DNA from: an uncultured Candidatus Peribacteria bacterium | GTDB taxonomy: Bacteria; Patescibacteriota; Gracilibacteria; UBA1369; LOWO2-01-FULL-3 | Direction of reading: 5' to 3' | Length of the DNA stretch: 64,000 nucleotides | Assembly: GCA_964383675.1 (NCBI GenBank) | Contig: CAYLHX010000003.1 | Location: forward strand, 2,412-66,411 | Shown: piece by piece, positions 19,293 through 29,256 of the stretch | How positions within the stretch are numbered: the stretch's first letter is position 1 | How the letters are laid out: the number at the start of each line of letters is the position of its first letter | Translations under genes and position numbers: made by a program | The notes under the pieces: generated by a model | Told to the model about the DNA's origin: nothing | What the model saw: only the letters and a program-made list of their open reading frames with translations | Databases searched by the model: none

Positions 19293-20621
19293 TTAAAATG
19301 CGCTGGTCTTGCCCTCTTTCTTGTCCAGAATCACATCGGCGGCACGTTCATATTTGAAAGTATAGTTGAGAGCTTCACTATAATAGTAGTCAACCGGTCC
19401 GGTGCCAACACCAATTGTATCTGTTTCGATAATAACGCTATCCGGCAGTTTATCAATCATCTCCATACCTTTTCCTTCCATCAGAATGTTGGCAAAAATC
19501 TCACTCTTTAATGTCTCATAATCATCCCCAGCATCAGTAACTGTGTCCTCGCTGTATTCAAAAGTTGAAAGCATCGCCTTAATAACTTGTTGATTCAGAT
19601 AGGCCAATCCGCCATTGCCAAATTCGGTGTAGATGGCCAAAACTTTACCGCTATCCATATATAGGTACCAATCTACGATTCTTTGTTCCGGATAAAGTAC
19701 CTCCATTGCCGCCAATCCCTCCAAATCAAATTCGGTGTATTTGGCATTTGGGAAAGCGAGCTTCAAATTGGCAAAATATTGCGTGGAATTCAAACCTCCC
19801 TTGTTCTCATCCAAGACCACCTTTACGGTCGCACCGTTGGGATAACTTCTCCAGGGCGAAAACTGATAAAGCGCCTCATCATAGCTATAGAAAGTCACCT
19901 CCTTACCGTTTTCTTCTACGCTCCAGCTGCTATCATCATAGCGAATTTTGAAGGGTAGATTTTTGCTGGCATATTCAGGCCAGTTTAAATGCAGAGGAAA
20001 GGGCTCCTCGGTTTCCTGCACAATCAACATTCTATAAATGACTTCTGCAAAAGCACCGCGGGTCATGTTATCTTCGGCGTGCAGTTTGCCGTCATCATGT
20101 GAGAAGACAATGTTATTGTCGCGAGCGAAAAGAGCATGTGGCGCATACCACTCGTCTTTGTTCACATCCATAAAGACCTTTTGTTCAACAGTGCTTGGTA
20201 GGTCAACCTTGCCGGCCAACACCACCATCTTTAAAGTCTCGGCCAGATTGACAGTAGCACCGGGTTTAAAAGTACCATCTGGGTAACCGCTTAGCACACC
20301 GGCTTTTTGGCCCGACATCACAAAATCAAAAAACCACTCTCCTTGAGGAACATCTGGAAATATCTCTTCAGCATCCTCCACCTTTTCAACGCCAAAAGCT
20401 CCAACTATTATCTTTATAGCCTCGGCACGGTTGACCGGATCTTCCGGTTTGAAAGTTCCATCGGGATAACCATTGATAATATCCAGATCATCCAGATATT
20501 CCACGGCCTCATAATTCAGATGGTCCTCGCCGACATCGGGGTAAGAGGCAGCAAAAACACCTGTAGTGGAAAGAAAAATCAAGAGAAATGAGGGAGCGAT
20601 TAGGCTCAATATTTTTTTCAT
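19293..20621 (-). CDS. Secreted SLH-domain surface protein (SLH repeats at the N-terminus)
   Basis: A signal peptide is followed by three SLH repeats (YPDVGEDHLNYEAVEYLDDLDIINGYPDGTFKPEDPVNRAEAIKII; FPDVPQGEWFFDFVMSGQKAGVLSGYPDGTFKPGATVNLAETLKMV). Confidence 0.8.
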   Translation of the reverse strand: MKKILSLIAPSFLLIFLSTTGVFAASYPDVGEDHLNYEAVEYLDDLDIINGYPDGTFKPEDPVNRAEAIKIIVGAFGVEKVEDAEEIFPDVPQGEWFFDFVMSGQKAGVLSGYPDGTFKPGATVNLAETLKMVVLAGKVDLPSTVEQKVFMDVNKDEWYAPHALFARDNNIVFSHDDGKLHAEDNMTRGAFAEVIYRMLIVQETEEPFPLHLNWPEYASKNLPFKIRYDDSSWSVEENGKEVTFYSYDEALYQFSPWRSYPNGATVKVVLDENKGGLNSTQYFANLKLAFPNAKYTEFDLEGLAAMEVLYPEQRIVDWYLYMDSGKVLAIYTEFGNGGLAYLNQQVIKAMLSTFEYSEDTVTDAGDDYETLKSEIFANILMEGKGMEMIDKLPDSVIIETDTIGVGTGPVDYYYSEALNYTFKYERAADVILDKKEGKTSAF

Positions 20622-20685
20622 ACCCTAAATATAACAATAACCACACTTACCAGCAAATAAAATCTGGATCGAGTTATTACAAAAT

Positions 20686-22032
20686 TTAGGAGTAAACCAA
20701 ATCCCCCGGAGAATAAAGGTCAAGTTGATCTTCACCGATTAACTTCACCAGCTTTTCCACAACCTTATCAAATTTAACCGTCTCCTGAGATCCTTTTTGC
20801 ATATTGCGAATAATGGCGGTGCCTTCACGCACCTCGGTAATTCCAATAAGCACAGTATAAGGCACCTTAAACTTATCTGCCAACTTCAGCTGAATATTGA
20901 TGGAACCTTTACCAAGCGCACCCATGGTTTTAATTCCAGCTTCCCGCAGGTCGTCAATCAAAGTAAGACATTTCTTTTTGGCCTCTTTGCCAAGCTGGGC
21001 CACAAAAACATGCAGATTATCTTTCGAAGGGACTCTGATTTTTTCCCTCTTCATGTTTGCGATCAGGCGCTCCACTCCGGCGGCGTAACCTACGGCGGGT
21101 GTTGGTTGACCTCCCATCAGTTCAATCAGCCCATCATAACGGCCACCACCACCCACGGCATTTTGGGCTCCTTCGTTTTTATCCCAGAATTCAAAAACCG
21201 TCTTCGCATAGTAGTCCAAACCGCGAACAAGTTTAGTGTTTTCCACATATTCGATACCAATCTCCTCCAAGTACTCTTTAAGCTCCTCATGATACTCCAA
21301 GGATTCTTTATCCAAGTAATCTCTCATCGCCGGCGCCAATTGAGCCAAAATCTGACAATCCTCTTCCTTACAATCTAAAAGCCGTAGCGGATTTGTTCGT
21401 AGACGACTCACGCAGTTTTCACATAGTGATCGCTCCTTGCCAACATAATAATCTTCCAGAGTTTGCATATATTTTTTGCGGGCTTCCGGGGTGCCGATAG
21501 TATTTAGCTGCAAAGAAAACATTTCCCCCAGTCCCAAATCATCATGAACCTTATGTGCAAGTTGAATAATTTGCGCGTCCAATGCCGGATCGCTCTCACC
21601 GATTATCTCAAAACCGAATTGCCAAAATTGCCTGTAGCGTCCTTTTTGGGGTTTGTCATAACGGAAATGTGGCTCAAAATAATAGAGCATTACTGGTTGC
21701 GGCCATTGATTCATACCGTTTTGAATATAAGAACGGGCAACTCCTGCGGTTCCTTCCGGCTTTAAAGTAAGACTTCTGCCCTTGCGATCCTCAAAAGTAT
21801 ACATCTCCTTGCTCACAATATCGGACCCTTCGCCAATAGTTCTCTTAAAAACATCGGTATATTCAAATATCGGCGTGGAAATACGTCGGAAACCGGCTTG
21901 TCTGCCGCGATGACGCACCACCTTCTTGATAAAAGTGTGAAATTCATGATCGCCCGGTAGAATGTCATGAACTCCTTTCGGTGTTTGAAATGGTTCGTAC
22001 TTGATCTTAGTATCGTCCTTGCCGTCCGACAT
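20686..22032 (-). CDS. hisS: Histidine--tRNA ligase
   Basis: Class II motifs MYTFEDRKGRSLTLKPEGT, FRYDKPQKGRYRQFWQFGFE and GGGRYDGL. Confidence 0.95.
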   Translation of the reverse strand: MSDGKDDTKIKYEPFQTPKGVHDILPGDHEFHTFIKKVVRHRGRQAGFRRISTPIFEYTDVFKRTIGEGSDIVSKEMYTFEDRKGRSLTLKPEGTAGVARSYIQNGMNQWPQPVMLYYFEPHFRYDKPQKGRYRQFWQFGFEIIGESDPALDAQIIQLAHKVHDDLGLGEMFSLQLNTIGTPEARKKYMQTLEDYYVGKERSLCENCVSRLRTNPLRLLDCKEEDCQILAQLAPAMRDYLDKESLEYHEELKEYLEEIGIEYVENTKLVRGLDYYAKTVFEFWDKNEGAQNAVGGGGRYDGLIELMGGQPTPAVGYAAGVERLIANMKREKIRVPSKDNLHVFVAQLGKEAKKKCLTLIDDLREAGIKTMGALGKGSINIQLKLADKFKVPYTVLIGITEVREGTAIIRNMQKGSQETVKFDKVVEKLVKLIGEDQLDLYSPGDLVYS

Positions 22033-22067
22033 AGAGGTGAAAATAAATGATAATAGAGCCCAAAGAC

Positions 22068-22095
22068 ACTAGATATCATTGTAGGACATTTATCA
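22068..22095 (-). promoter_or_regulatory. Candidate promoter for hisS
   Basis: On the minus strand: TTGAAA (22095..22090), a 16-nt spacer, then TACAAT (22073..22068). Confidence 0.35.
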
Positions 22096-22122
22096 GATAT
22101 TTCAAGGGTGAATTTCCGACCT

Positions 22123-23202
22123 CTAATTGTAATAATTTTCAAATTCGAAGGAAAGCTCTGGAATAACGTTGCTTTTCGGCTGATATTTGTCCGGTGACAA
22201 CTGATATTGAAAATAAGCCGCGCCGGCGATCATGGCCGCATTGTCCGTACAAAAGCCGAAAGATTTCGGATGCCTGAAAGTTATCCCCGGTGAGAAGTTT
22301 TGAATCGCTAAAGCCAAAGCCTCTCTCAGTCTCAAATTGGCCGAAACTCCTCCCGCCAGATGTACCTCTTTAAGCTCCGGATACTTTGTCAAAACTCTTA
22401 AAACCTTCTCCACCAAAACATCCACCACCGCCTCCTGAAACTCCGCGGCAATATCCGCCTTGAACTGCTCTCCCAGGTCGTCATTGTTGGAGGCATAGCT
22501 CTTTACCTCGTTTAAAACAGCGGTTTTGAGCCCGGAAAAACTGAAGTCCAAGCTGTCTTTTTCCAGAAAAATTCTCGGCAACTTAAAAGCTCCGGCATTG
22601 CCCTTTTCGGCGATTTTGGAGATAGCGGGACCGCCCGGATAGCCCAGGCCCAAAATTCTGGCCACTTTGTCGAAGGCCTCTCCCGCCGCGTCGTCGCGGG
22701 TTTCCCCCAAGACCTCAAAGTGGTGGTGATCTTTCATCAAGATCAGCTCATTGTGTCCTCCGGAAACGGTAAGAATTAAAAGTGGAAATTGCGGCTCGGG
22801 CTCTTGTTCAGCATCTTTTGTAAATAACCAGTTTGAATAGATGTGCCCCACGATATGCTGGACAGGTATCAAAGGTTTTTCTTTCACATAAGAAATAACC
22901 GAAGCGGTTTCGGTACCGATAATTAAAGAGGAAACCAAACCGGGTCCTTTGGTAATAGCCAGGGCATCAACTTGTTTCCAGGCTGCTCCACCGCTGACTC
23001 CGAAAGTCTCTGTGAGGCAATGATCTAAAACCGGCAACATTTTTAAAACATGTTCCCTAGCGGCAACCTCCGGTACTACGCCACCCGTTTTAGCGTGCAA
23101 GTCAACCTGTGATGCAATCACATTGGCCAAAACTTTACGGCCGTTTTCTACCACCGCGCAGGCCGTTTCATCACAAGATGTTTCAATAGCCAGAATTTTC
23201 AT
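22123..23202 (-). CDS. tsaD: tRNA N6-adenosine threonylcarbamoyltransferase
   Basis: MKILAIETSCDETACAVV, HIVGHIYSN, SGGHNELI and GLGYPGGP. Confidence 0.95.
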   Translation of the reverse strand: MKILAIETSCDETACAVVENGRKVLANVIASQVDLHAKTGGVVPEVAAREHVLKMLPVLDHCLTETFGVSGGAAWKQVDALAITKGPGLVSSLIIGTETASVISYVKEKPLIPVQHIVGHIYSNWLFTKDAEQEPEPQFPLLILTVSGGHNELILMKDHHHFEVLGETRDDAAGEAFDKVARILGLGYPGGPAISKIAEKGNAGAFKLPRIFLEKDSLDFSFSGLKTAVLNEVKSYASNNDDLGEQFKADIAAEFQEAVVDVLVEKVLRVLTKYPELKEVHLAGGVSANLRLREALALAIQNFSPGITFRHPKSFGFCTDNAAMIAGAAYFQYQLSPDKYQPKSNVIPELSFEFENYYN

Positions 23203-23211
23203 TTCAGTAAC

Positions 23212-23985
23212 TTAGGGATATTGTTGTCTCAACTTTATTCTACCATTACGCCCATTAAGATAATCACGAACAGTCTTTTGATGAGAAGAAAAACATAAAT
23301 CCGGCATGTTATGACTTCCGACAATAGCTACCTCTTCGGCATCATCTCCCGCTTCTAAGCTACCGTCAACCGGACTTACCAAACCATGTAAAATTACTTG
23401 ATTTAATCTTCCCGGAACCGGATTGCAAGGATGCAAAAATTTCTCCAACCTAACCCTAACTCCTACCTCTTGAAGCATCTCATTGCCTAGCGAACGGGCC
23501 GGCGTGTCACCTCTCATCATATAACCACCCGGTAAAGCCCATTGCCCCCTAAATGGCTCATTACCTCTTTTAATTACAACTATACCGGTTTCAGAGGGGT
23601 CTGCATATTCATCTGTTGTGAAGTCAAAAGGTCCATTAACATTCGTTGCCCCAATCAACTTTTTTGGAAATGGTAGTAGACCGGCGACCACCGGGATAGG
23701 TGCGTCCCAATCGATCCAGCCGCAAGCATTACAGGCATTGCGCCAAACCTCCTCCTGAATCGCCGCTTCCACCATCTTTGGGTGTAGAGGGCTGGTACAC
23801 CTTACACAGCTCCGCTGATCCGGATCTCGAACGTCCGGAAATTTCCCCGTTCTCACATGTTGAGCTGCAAGGCTGACCGCATGCCTCACGATGACAATTC
23901 CTTTATGCAATCTATCTATACCTTCCTGCACGCCTTCAGAGGCTCTATTTAGTAGGTTAACCATAAAACTGTTAAAAAGGACCAC
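23212..23985 (-). CDS. NUDIX hydrolase with an N-terminal zinc-ribbon-like segment
   Basis: Cys pairs CVRC...CNACG precede a Nudix-box-like segment GQWALPGGYMMRGDTPARSLGNEMLQEVG. Confidence 0.7.
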   Translation of the reverse strand: MVLFNSFMVNLLNRASEGVQEGIDRLHKGIVIVRHAVSLAAQHVRTGKFPDVRDPDQRSCVRCTSPLHPKMVEAAIQEEVWRNACNACGWIDWDAPIPVVAGLLPFPKKLIGATNVNGPFDFTTDEYADPSETGIVVIKRGNEPFRGQWALPGGYMMRGDTPARSLGNEMLQEVGVRVRLEKFLHPCNPVPGRLNQVILHGLVSPVDGSLEAGDDAEEVAIVGSHNMPDLCFSSHQKTVRDYLNGRNGRIKLRQQYP

Positions 23986-24044
23986 ATAATATTAATAACT
24001 TTCAACTTTTTCAACCTCAAGGGGAAAATGGTATAATGTAAAAG

Positions 24045-25424
24045 ATGCATCCTACTTCCATACAAATCATTGAAACACTTAAAAAGGCCGGCCATGAAGC
24101 CTACTGGGCCGGAGGCTGCGTGCGCGACATGTTGCTGGGTATCAAACCCAAAGATTTTGATATTGTGACCTCGGCCAAGCCGGATGAAATTGAAGAGCTT
24201 CTGGAACATACAATTCCTATCGGTAAGCAATTCGGCGTTATTTTGGCGATTCAGAATAGTCATCATTTTGAGATTGCCACTTTTCGTTCCGATGGAGGAT
24301 ACAGTGACGGTCGTCGGCCCGATGCGGTATATTTTACCAGTGCCAAGGAAGATGCCTTAAGAAGAGATTTTACCATCAACGCCCTTTTTTATGATCCTTT
24401 GGAGGACAAGGTTATCGATTATGTTGAAGGACAAAAAGACTTAAGGGACCGGCTGGTGCGCTTTATCGGCAATCCGGAAGAACGTATTAATGAAGACCAT
24501 TTGAGAATTTTGAGGGCGGTGCGTTTTAAAAACGCCTACGACATGCAGTATCACCCCGATACTTATCAGGCTATTAAAAAGCATGTGCATTTGATTGAAA
24601 ACATTTCCAAGGAGCGCATTCGCGACGAGCTCAATAAAATGATCATGGGCGAAAATGCCGGGCAAGCTTTTGAGGAACTTTTTGAAATTGGGGCCCTTGA
24701 TCTTTTAATTCCGGAAATGGCCAGACTAAAAGGGCTGGCTCAACCATTAATGTATCATCAGGAAGGTGACGTCTGGGACCACTCCAAAAGAGCCCTTGAA
24801 TCCTTGACCAATGAGGAAGACGATCCTAACCCTCTACCGGAAAAAGAGCCCTCGCTCGCCTTACGATGGGCCACCTTCATGCATGACATCGGCAAGTACG
24901 AAACCTTCTCCCAAGATAACGAGCGCATCCGCTATGATCATCATGCCGAGGCCGGTTCGGAGACGGCAAAAAATATTCTCAAGCGCCTGAACTTTCCCGC
25001 TAAAATTATTGACCGGGTTTACTGGTTGATCCGTCATCACATGATGGTGGTTCCGCTTTTTGAGATGCCTGACGGGCGTCGTCGCCACTGGTTTTTACAG
25101 CCAGGCTTTGAAGAGTTGCTGGAAGTCTATCGCGCCGATGCCATGGGCACGGAGCCCATGGACCTTTCAGCCTACGAAAAAATGAAAAAACTTTATCGTC
25201 ATGAAATAGCCAAATTAAAACTTATGCCCAAAAAGCTGATCAGCGGCAAGGAGGTCATGAAAATCCTCGGTATTTCAGAAGGAAAAGATGTCGGCAAAAT
25301 CCTCCTGGACATTCGCAACCAACAGTTGGAGCACAAAATTAAAAACGCCAAGGAGGCCAAAGCTTATGTTATCGACAAATACTTGAATGATGGCTCTATT
25401 GACAAAACTTCTACAGAAGAGTAA
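24045..25424 (+). CDS. cca: CCA-adding tRNA nucleotidyltransferase with HD domain
   Basis: GHEAYWAGGCVRDMLLGIKPKDFDIVT, RRDFTINALFYD and HDIGK. Confidence 0.9.
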   Translation: MHPTSIQIIETLKKAGHEAYWAGGCVRDMLLGIKPKDFDIVTSAKPDEIEELLEHTIPIGKQFGVILAIQNSHHFEIATFRSDGGYSDGRRPDAVYFTSAKEDALRRDFTINALFYDPLEDKVIDYVEGQKDLRDRLVRFIGNPEERINEDHLRILRAVRFKNAYDMQYHPDTYQAIKKHVHLIENISKERIRDELNKMIMGENAGQAFEELFEIGALDLLIPEMARLKGLAQPLMYHQEGDVWDHSKRALESLTNEEDDPNPLPEKEPSLALRWATFMHDIGKYETFSQDNERIRYDHHAEAGSETAKNILKRLNFPAKIIDRVYWLIRHHMMVVPLFEMPDGRRRHWFLQPGFEELLEVYRADAMGTEPMDLSAYEKMKKLYRHEIAKLKLMPKKLISGKEVMKILGISEGKDVGKILLDIRNQQLEHKIKNAKEAKAYVIDKYLNDGSIDKTSTEE

Positions 25425-25454
25425 AACCGCCTCATAGTAGCAATAAGCGCTGAT

Positions 25455-26414
25455 ATGGTAGAGGCATCAATCCTTAGAGACCGTTCAGAGATTCAGAGAA
25501 GAAACTGCTGCCCTCAAGCATGTCCGGTTAAGCCGGTGCCAACCAGCCCTCAGATTGTTTTTCCCAAGAGAGAGGAGAGAGTCGGATTTGACGAAGTTGA
25601 CTATCAACGGGTTATTGAATCTGTGAGCTCTAGAAATGTCATGATGGAGGCACAGTTAAGAATAGCGAAGATGCTTGTTGACGCCGGACAAAATGAGATA
25701 ACGGCTTTAACTACTGCCCAGTCAATTGCAACTATGCTAAGTAGCGCAACTTCAGAGGAAGATATACAAAGGGTTGGACAGATCTGGTGCGACATATTTG
25801 AGGAACAAGGCTTTACCGCAGCTATCGATGTTAACATGATGGAGAGGAATAGATGGGTTGCCGACTTAATCTCTCAGAGGCTAAGACCTGGCTCCGTCAT
25901 CGATCACGATTCGGGTGATTCCCATGTTGCCAACTTTATTCAAGGCAATAGGCCAGACGTCCAGGTGCATACTGCGGATTCTTACGATTTCAGATCAGCA
26001 ATTAAAGACCTTCCGTTTGCACTGTACGACTATCAAAGTAAAAGCCTACCTTTTGGCGATGAGGCTTTCGATCAAGCCATTATGGCAACTGTTTTACATC
26101 ACTGCGATGAGCCGGAAAAAATGTTCGACGAAGTAGTAAGGACCGTAAAACCGGGAGGTTTGGTTATTTTACTGGAAAACACTTTTAAGAGAGGTGATAA
26201 CCGTGAACAGTTGCTCAATGCTTTCTTCGATTGGTTTTTTAATGCTATCTTACACAAAAGCGGTTTACCATGTCCTTTTGCTCATTTCTGCGAAGAAGAA
26301 TGGGAACATTTTCTTAGTGCGAAGGGACTTCATTTACAAGAAAAATTAGAGCTCGGGCAATGGAAATCTATCCCTTTACCACATGTCTTATATGTGGCTC
26401 AAAAAAGCCAGTAA
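25455..26414 (+). CDS. Class I SAM-dependent methyltransferase
   Basis: The C-terminal half has FDQAIMATVLHHCDEPEKMFDEVVRTVKPGGLVILLEN (Methyltransf_11-like motifs post-I to III). The N-terminal 130 aa or so are unassigned. Confidence 0.6.
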   Translation: MVEASILRDRSEIQRRNCCPQACPVKPVPTSPQIVFPKREERVGFDEVDYQRVIESVSSRNVMMEAQLRIAKMLVDAGQNEITALTTAQSIATMLSSATSEEDIQRVGQIWCDIFEEQGFTAAIDVNMMERNRWVADLISQRLRPGSVIDHDSGDSHVANFIQGNRPDVQVHTADSYDFRSAIKDLPFALYDYQSKSLPFGDEAFDQAIMATVLHHCDEPEKMFDEVVRTVKPGGLVILLENTFKRGDNREQLLNAFFDWFFNAILHKSGLPCPFAHFCEEEWEHFLSAKGLHLQEKLELGQWKSIPLPHVLYVAQKSQ

Positions 26415-27270
26415 GGTTGGAATAAGCGCCGGACTTGTTACGGCTCTGGGGTGGGGCTCTATAGGTTTGTGGATCAGCAATATCCCTCTGGAAGCTTTCA
26501 CTTTGGCCAGTATTCGTTTTATTTTTAGCAGTGTTTTTTTGTTGGCCATTGCACTGCCACTTTTCAGGAATAAGAGGGGATTATTCGACTCAAAAAAAAT
26601 ATTTCAGTCAGCCATTTGTGGCACAATTTTATTCTTTCAGTTTGTAGTTACAATTTATTCCTATCAACTGTTGAGTATCGGCCAAGCAACCCTGCTAACC
26701 AACCTACATTTGTTGTTTATAATACTCTTTTATTTCCAAAAATTGCGCAAAGTTGTTTTTCAAATATTTTTAACTTCACTCATATTAGTGGGGGGTATCT
26801 ATTTAATATTCTACCAAGGGGCCAGCTGGACTTATACAGGCATTTTATTCGGAGTCGGATCATCACTCTTCTTTGCGGCTTACACTTTCTGTGTTGAGAG
26901 ATTCTTTCCGAATAATACCGAGCAATATCAGGCACCGATTTTCTTTACGGGTGCCATACTCAGCCTTTTATTCATAGGTTTGGATTTCGATTCTCTCAAG
27001 GCATTAAACTCCACTAACTGGATCAACCTGGCTATCCTTCTCCTTATATCCACACTTTTAGCACATTTTGCCTACCTTATAGCCATCAAAAAGAGCGGGG
27101 GACTGGTAGCTGGAACCTTATCTTACTTTGCAATAATTTTCGGCTTCATCTTCGAGGGTTTTTATATTGAGAGCCTGTCACTCAAGGAAATCACCGGGGT
27201 AATCGTGGTATTTATATCATTGTGTTACCTACTATTTGTTTTTGAAACTAAAAGAGTGGCGACACGATAA
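26383..27270 (+). CDS. EamA/DMT-family transporter
   Basis: About 10 TM helices with a duplicated EamA-like layout. The start is ambiguous (26383 or 26392). Confidence 0.7.
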   Translation: MSYMWLKKASKVGISAGLVTALGWGSIGLWISNIPLEAFTLASIRFIFSSVFLLAIALPLFRNKRGLFDSKKIFQSAICGTILFFQFVVTIYSYQLLSIGQATLLTNLHLLFIILFYFQKLRKVVFQIFLTSLILVGGIYLIFYQGASWTYTGILFGVGSSLFFAAYTFCVERFFPNNTEQYQAPIFFTGAILSLLFIGLDFDSLKALNSTNWINLAILLLISTLLAHFAYLIAIKKSGGLVAGTLSYFAIIFGFIFEGFYIESLSLKEITGVIVVFISLCYLLFVFETKRVATR

Positions 27271-27309
27271 AAATGATCAAACCATAAAATTGGTTAGCGC
27301 CTCTACCTA

Positions 27310-29247
27310 TTACCCCGATACGACCATACCGCGTGTCAAAGCATCTCTAAATCCTTTTTGTTGCTCCAACGCGTGGTTGAAAAAACTAATGACCGATGAT
27401 AATCCGGCCAGAACGTTTGGATAGCCATTGGCAAACAGCCTATAGCTGGATTGTGGCTTAAAATGTCTCCTATAAACATTAACTATTGAGTCGCGAACTT
27501 CTTGGTCCGGACCAATGCCCACGACCAGAAAGTAAATACGAGGATCTTCAACAATTTTTTTCACAATTTTATCCAGTAACGGACCTCCATCTTGCCCATC
27601 GGTAATCAAGGTTAAAACTCTCACTATGCCATCATCATCATTGGCGGTTAAGCGATCATATTCGAAATTTAGTGCCTCATGGGTTACGGTTCCGCCCCCC
27701 CTTTTTTGCATTTCATTAAATTTTACAACTACTTCCCGAAGGGATAACAAAGCTGACATTGGTAGAACAACCTCAGGTTTATCCGCAAATACGGTTAGCT
27801 CCAGTGAGGCCGGCATTTTATCCCCCTCCTTCCAATTATATCTTTGAGGTTCGTTTGTAACTGTCTCATGCACCATTCTAATGGACTCCATCAAAGTAGC
27901 CAGAAGCCCCAACATGCCATCTGTGTATGGATACATACTTCCCGAGGTATCCAATATTAAAGCGGCCTCCAATGATAGTGAGCGTGGTTGTTCCTTCGCA
28001 TCCAGTATTGTCGGTGGCTCAAAATCACCGGACATTATCCCATAATAGGTTAGAGCCTCCATGCCCGGCTCAATCATAAAACCATCACGGTGTCCCGGAG
28101 TTATTTGCATCTCACGATCTTTCAATATGAATTCGATCAAAATTTCCTTTAACCTTTCGATGTAAAACCTATATTCATTCACATAATGCATATAATCTGC
28201 CAGTTGCTCCGGTGGGACATCAATTTGCGCCGCTTGCATTGCATCAATCGTCCTACTTGCATCAATAAGGGCTGATTTTATTGAATTTGCCAAATCCTTA
28301 TGATCAGTAGTGCTATCGGAGGTTTCCGGCTCTCCGCTTGAATCCGGGTCTTCAGTTACCATGGCATGTGGTTCCATTCCGTTGAGGAATTTATCCAATA
28401 CAGCTTCCATCTTGGCCGTGGCATCAGCCATATTCAAGGCAACCGTGTCAGCATCCAGATTTACAAGATGTGCGGCGATGTGGAAAATTTTTATCTGAGC
28501 ATGCACCTTCTGCATAACCGAAACCTGACGTTTATTACCATTGCGAATTATGTCCATTGATTCATATGCGGTTTTTAATGATTCTTTTACGCGTGGGTCA
28601 AAAATACCATCGGGCGGCAAACCAAATTTTGCCATTAACAAAAAACCGTTCATGAATTGCTGGAATAGAAAAGAATCGCCATCACCTCCTGCTGCCTCCT
28701 GCCAGGGGAAATTCTCATCACTGAGGTCGTCTTTGTAGTCTTCAAATACTTGAGGAGTTTCGCGCAAAAAATCCTGTGCCAAAGCGCGACGGTATAACTT
28801 TGACATCATACCGTGATATAAGCCGCCTCGGGCTGCAGCATTGCGCTCCTCCAAATAGATATCGGCACTGGCATTATTTAAAACCTGAATAATTTTGGCT
28901 ATTGGCAATATGCCTTTAAAGAGATGTGCAAAATTAATCCCCATAGCCTGACAAGTATCTTGAAATTTTACCAGATCAGGATGGTGGTGCCCCATTTCGT
29001 GAGCAAAAATTGCGAAAGCATAAGCCGGCCCTTTTCCTTCAACATCATGAGGGTTATAAAAAATAACTTTTTTACCCGGGAAAGTATACCAACCAATACC
29101 TATCTTTGGTGGTTCAGGATATTCCGGATATGGTAGACATTGATAACCCGTTTCATCCAAAATCGCCTCCAACATAACCATCAAGGTAGGATCCAAAATT
29201 TCTTCCAAAGTTGGTGGCAGTTTTTTCTCTAGGTCTCCCGGCTGCAT
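27310..29247 (-). CDS. Zincin-like metallopeptidase fused to a von Willebrand factor A domain
   Basis: The N-terminal part has FAIFAHEMGHHHPD (HExxH). The C-terminal part has a complete MIDAS set: LILDTSGSM (DxSxS), GGGTVTHEAL and LITDGQDG. It starts 9 nt after the AAA+ gene stop. Confidence 0.75.
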   Translation of the reverse strand: MQPGDLEKKLPPTLEEILDPTLMVMLEAILDETGYQCLPYPEYPEPPKIGIGWYTFPGKKVIFYNPHDVEGKGPAYAFAIFAHEMGHHHPDLVKFQDTCQAMGINFAHLFKGILPIAKIIQVLNNASADIYLEERNAAARGGLYHGMMSKLYRRALAQDFLRETPQVFEDYKDDLSDENFPWQEAAGGDGDSFLFQQFMNGFLLMAKFGLPPDGIFDPRVKESLKTAYESMDIIRNGNKRQVSVMQKVHAQIKIFHIAAHLVNLDADTVALNMADATAKMEAVLDKFLNGMEPHAMVTEDPDSSGEPETSDSTTDHKDLANSIKSALIDASRTIDAMQAAQIDVPPEQLADYMHYVNEYRFYIERLKEILIEFILKDREMQITPGHRDGFMIEPGMEALTYYGIMSGDFEPPTILDAKEQPRSLSLEAALILDTSGSMYPYTDGMLGLLATLMESIRMVHETVTNEPQRYNWKEGDKMPASLELTVFADKPEVVLPMSALLSLREVVVKFNEMQKRGGGTVTHEALNFEYDRLTANDDDGIVRVLTLITDGQDGGPLLDKIVKKIVEDPRIYFLVVGIGPDQEVRDSIVNVYRRHFKPQSSYRLFANGYPNVLAGLSSVISFFNHALEQQKGFRDALTRGMVVSG

Positions 29248-29256
29248 AAATATACG

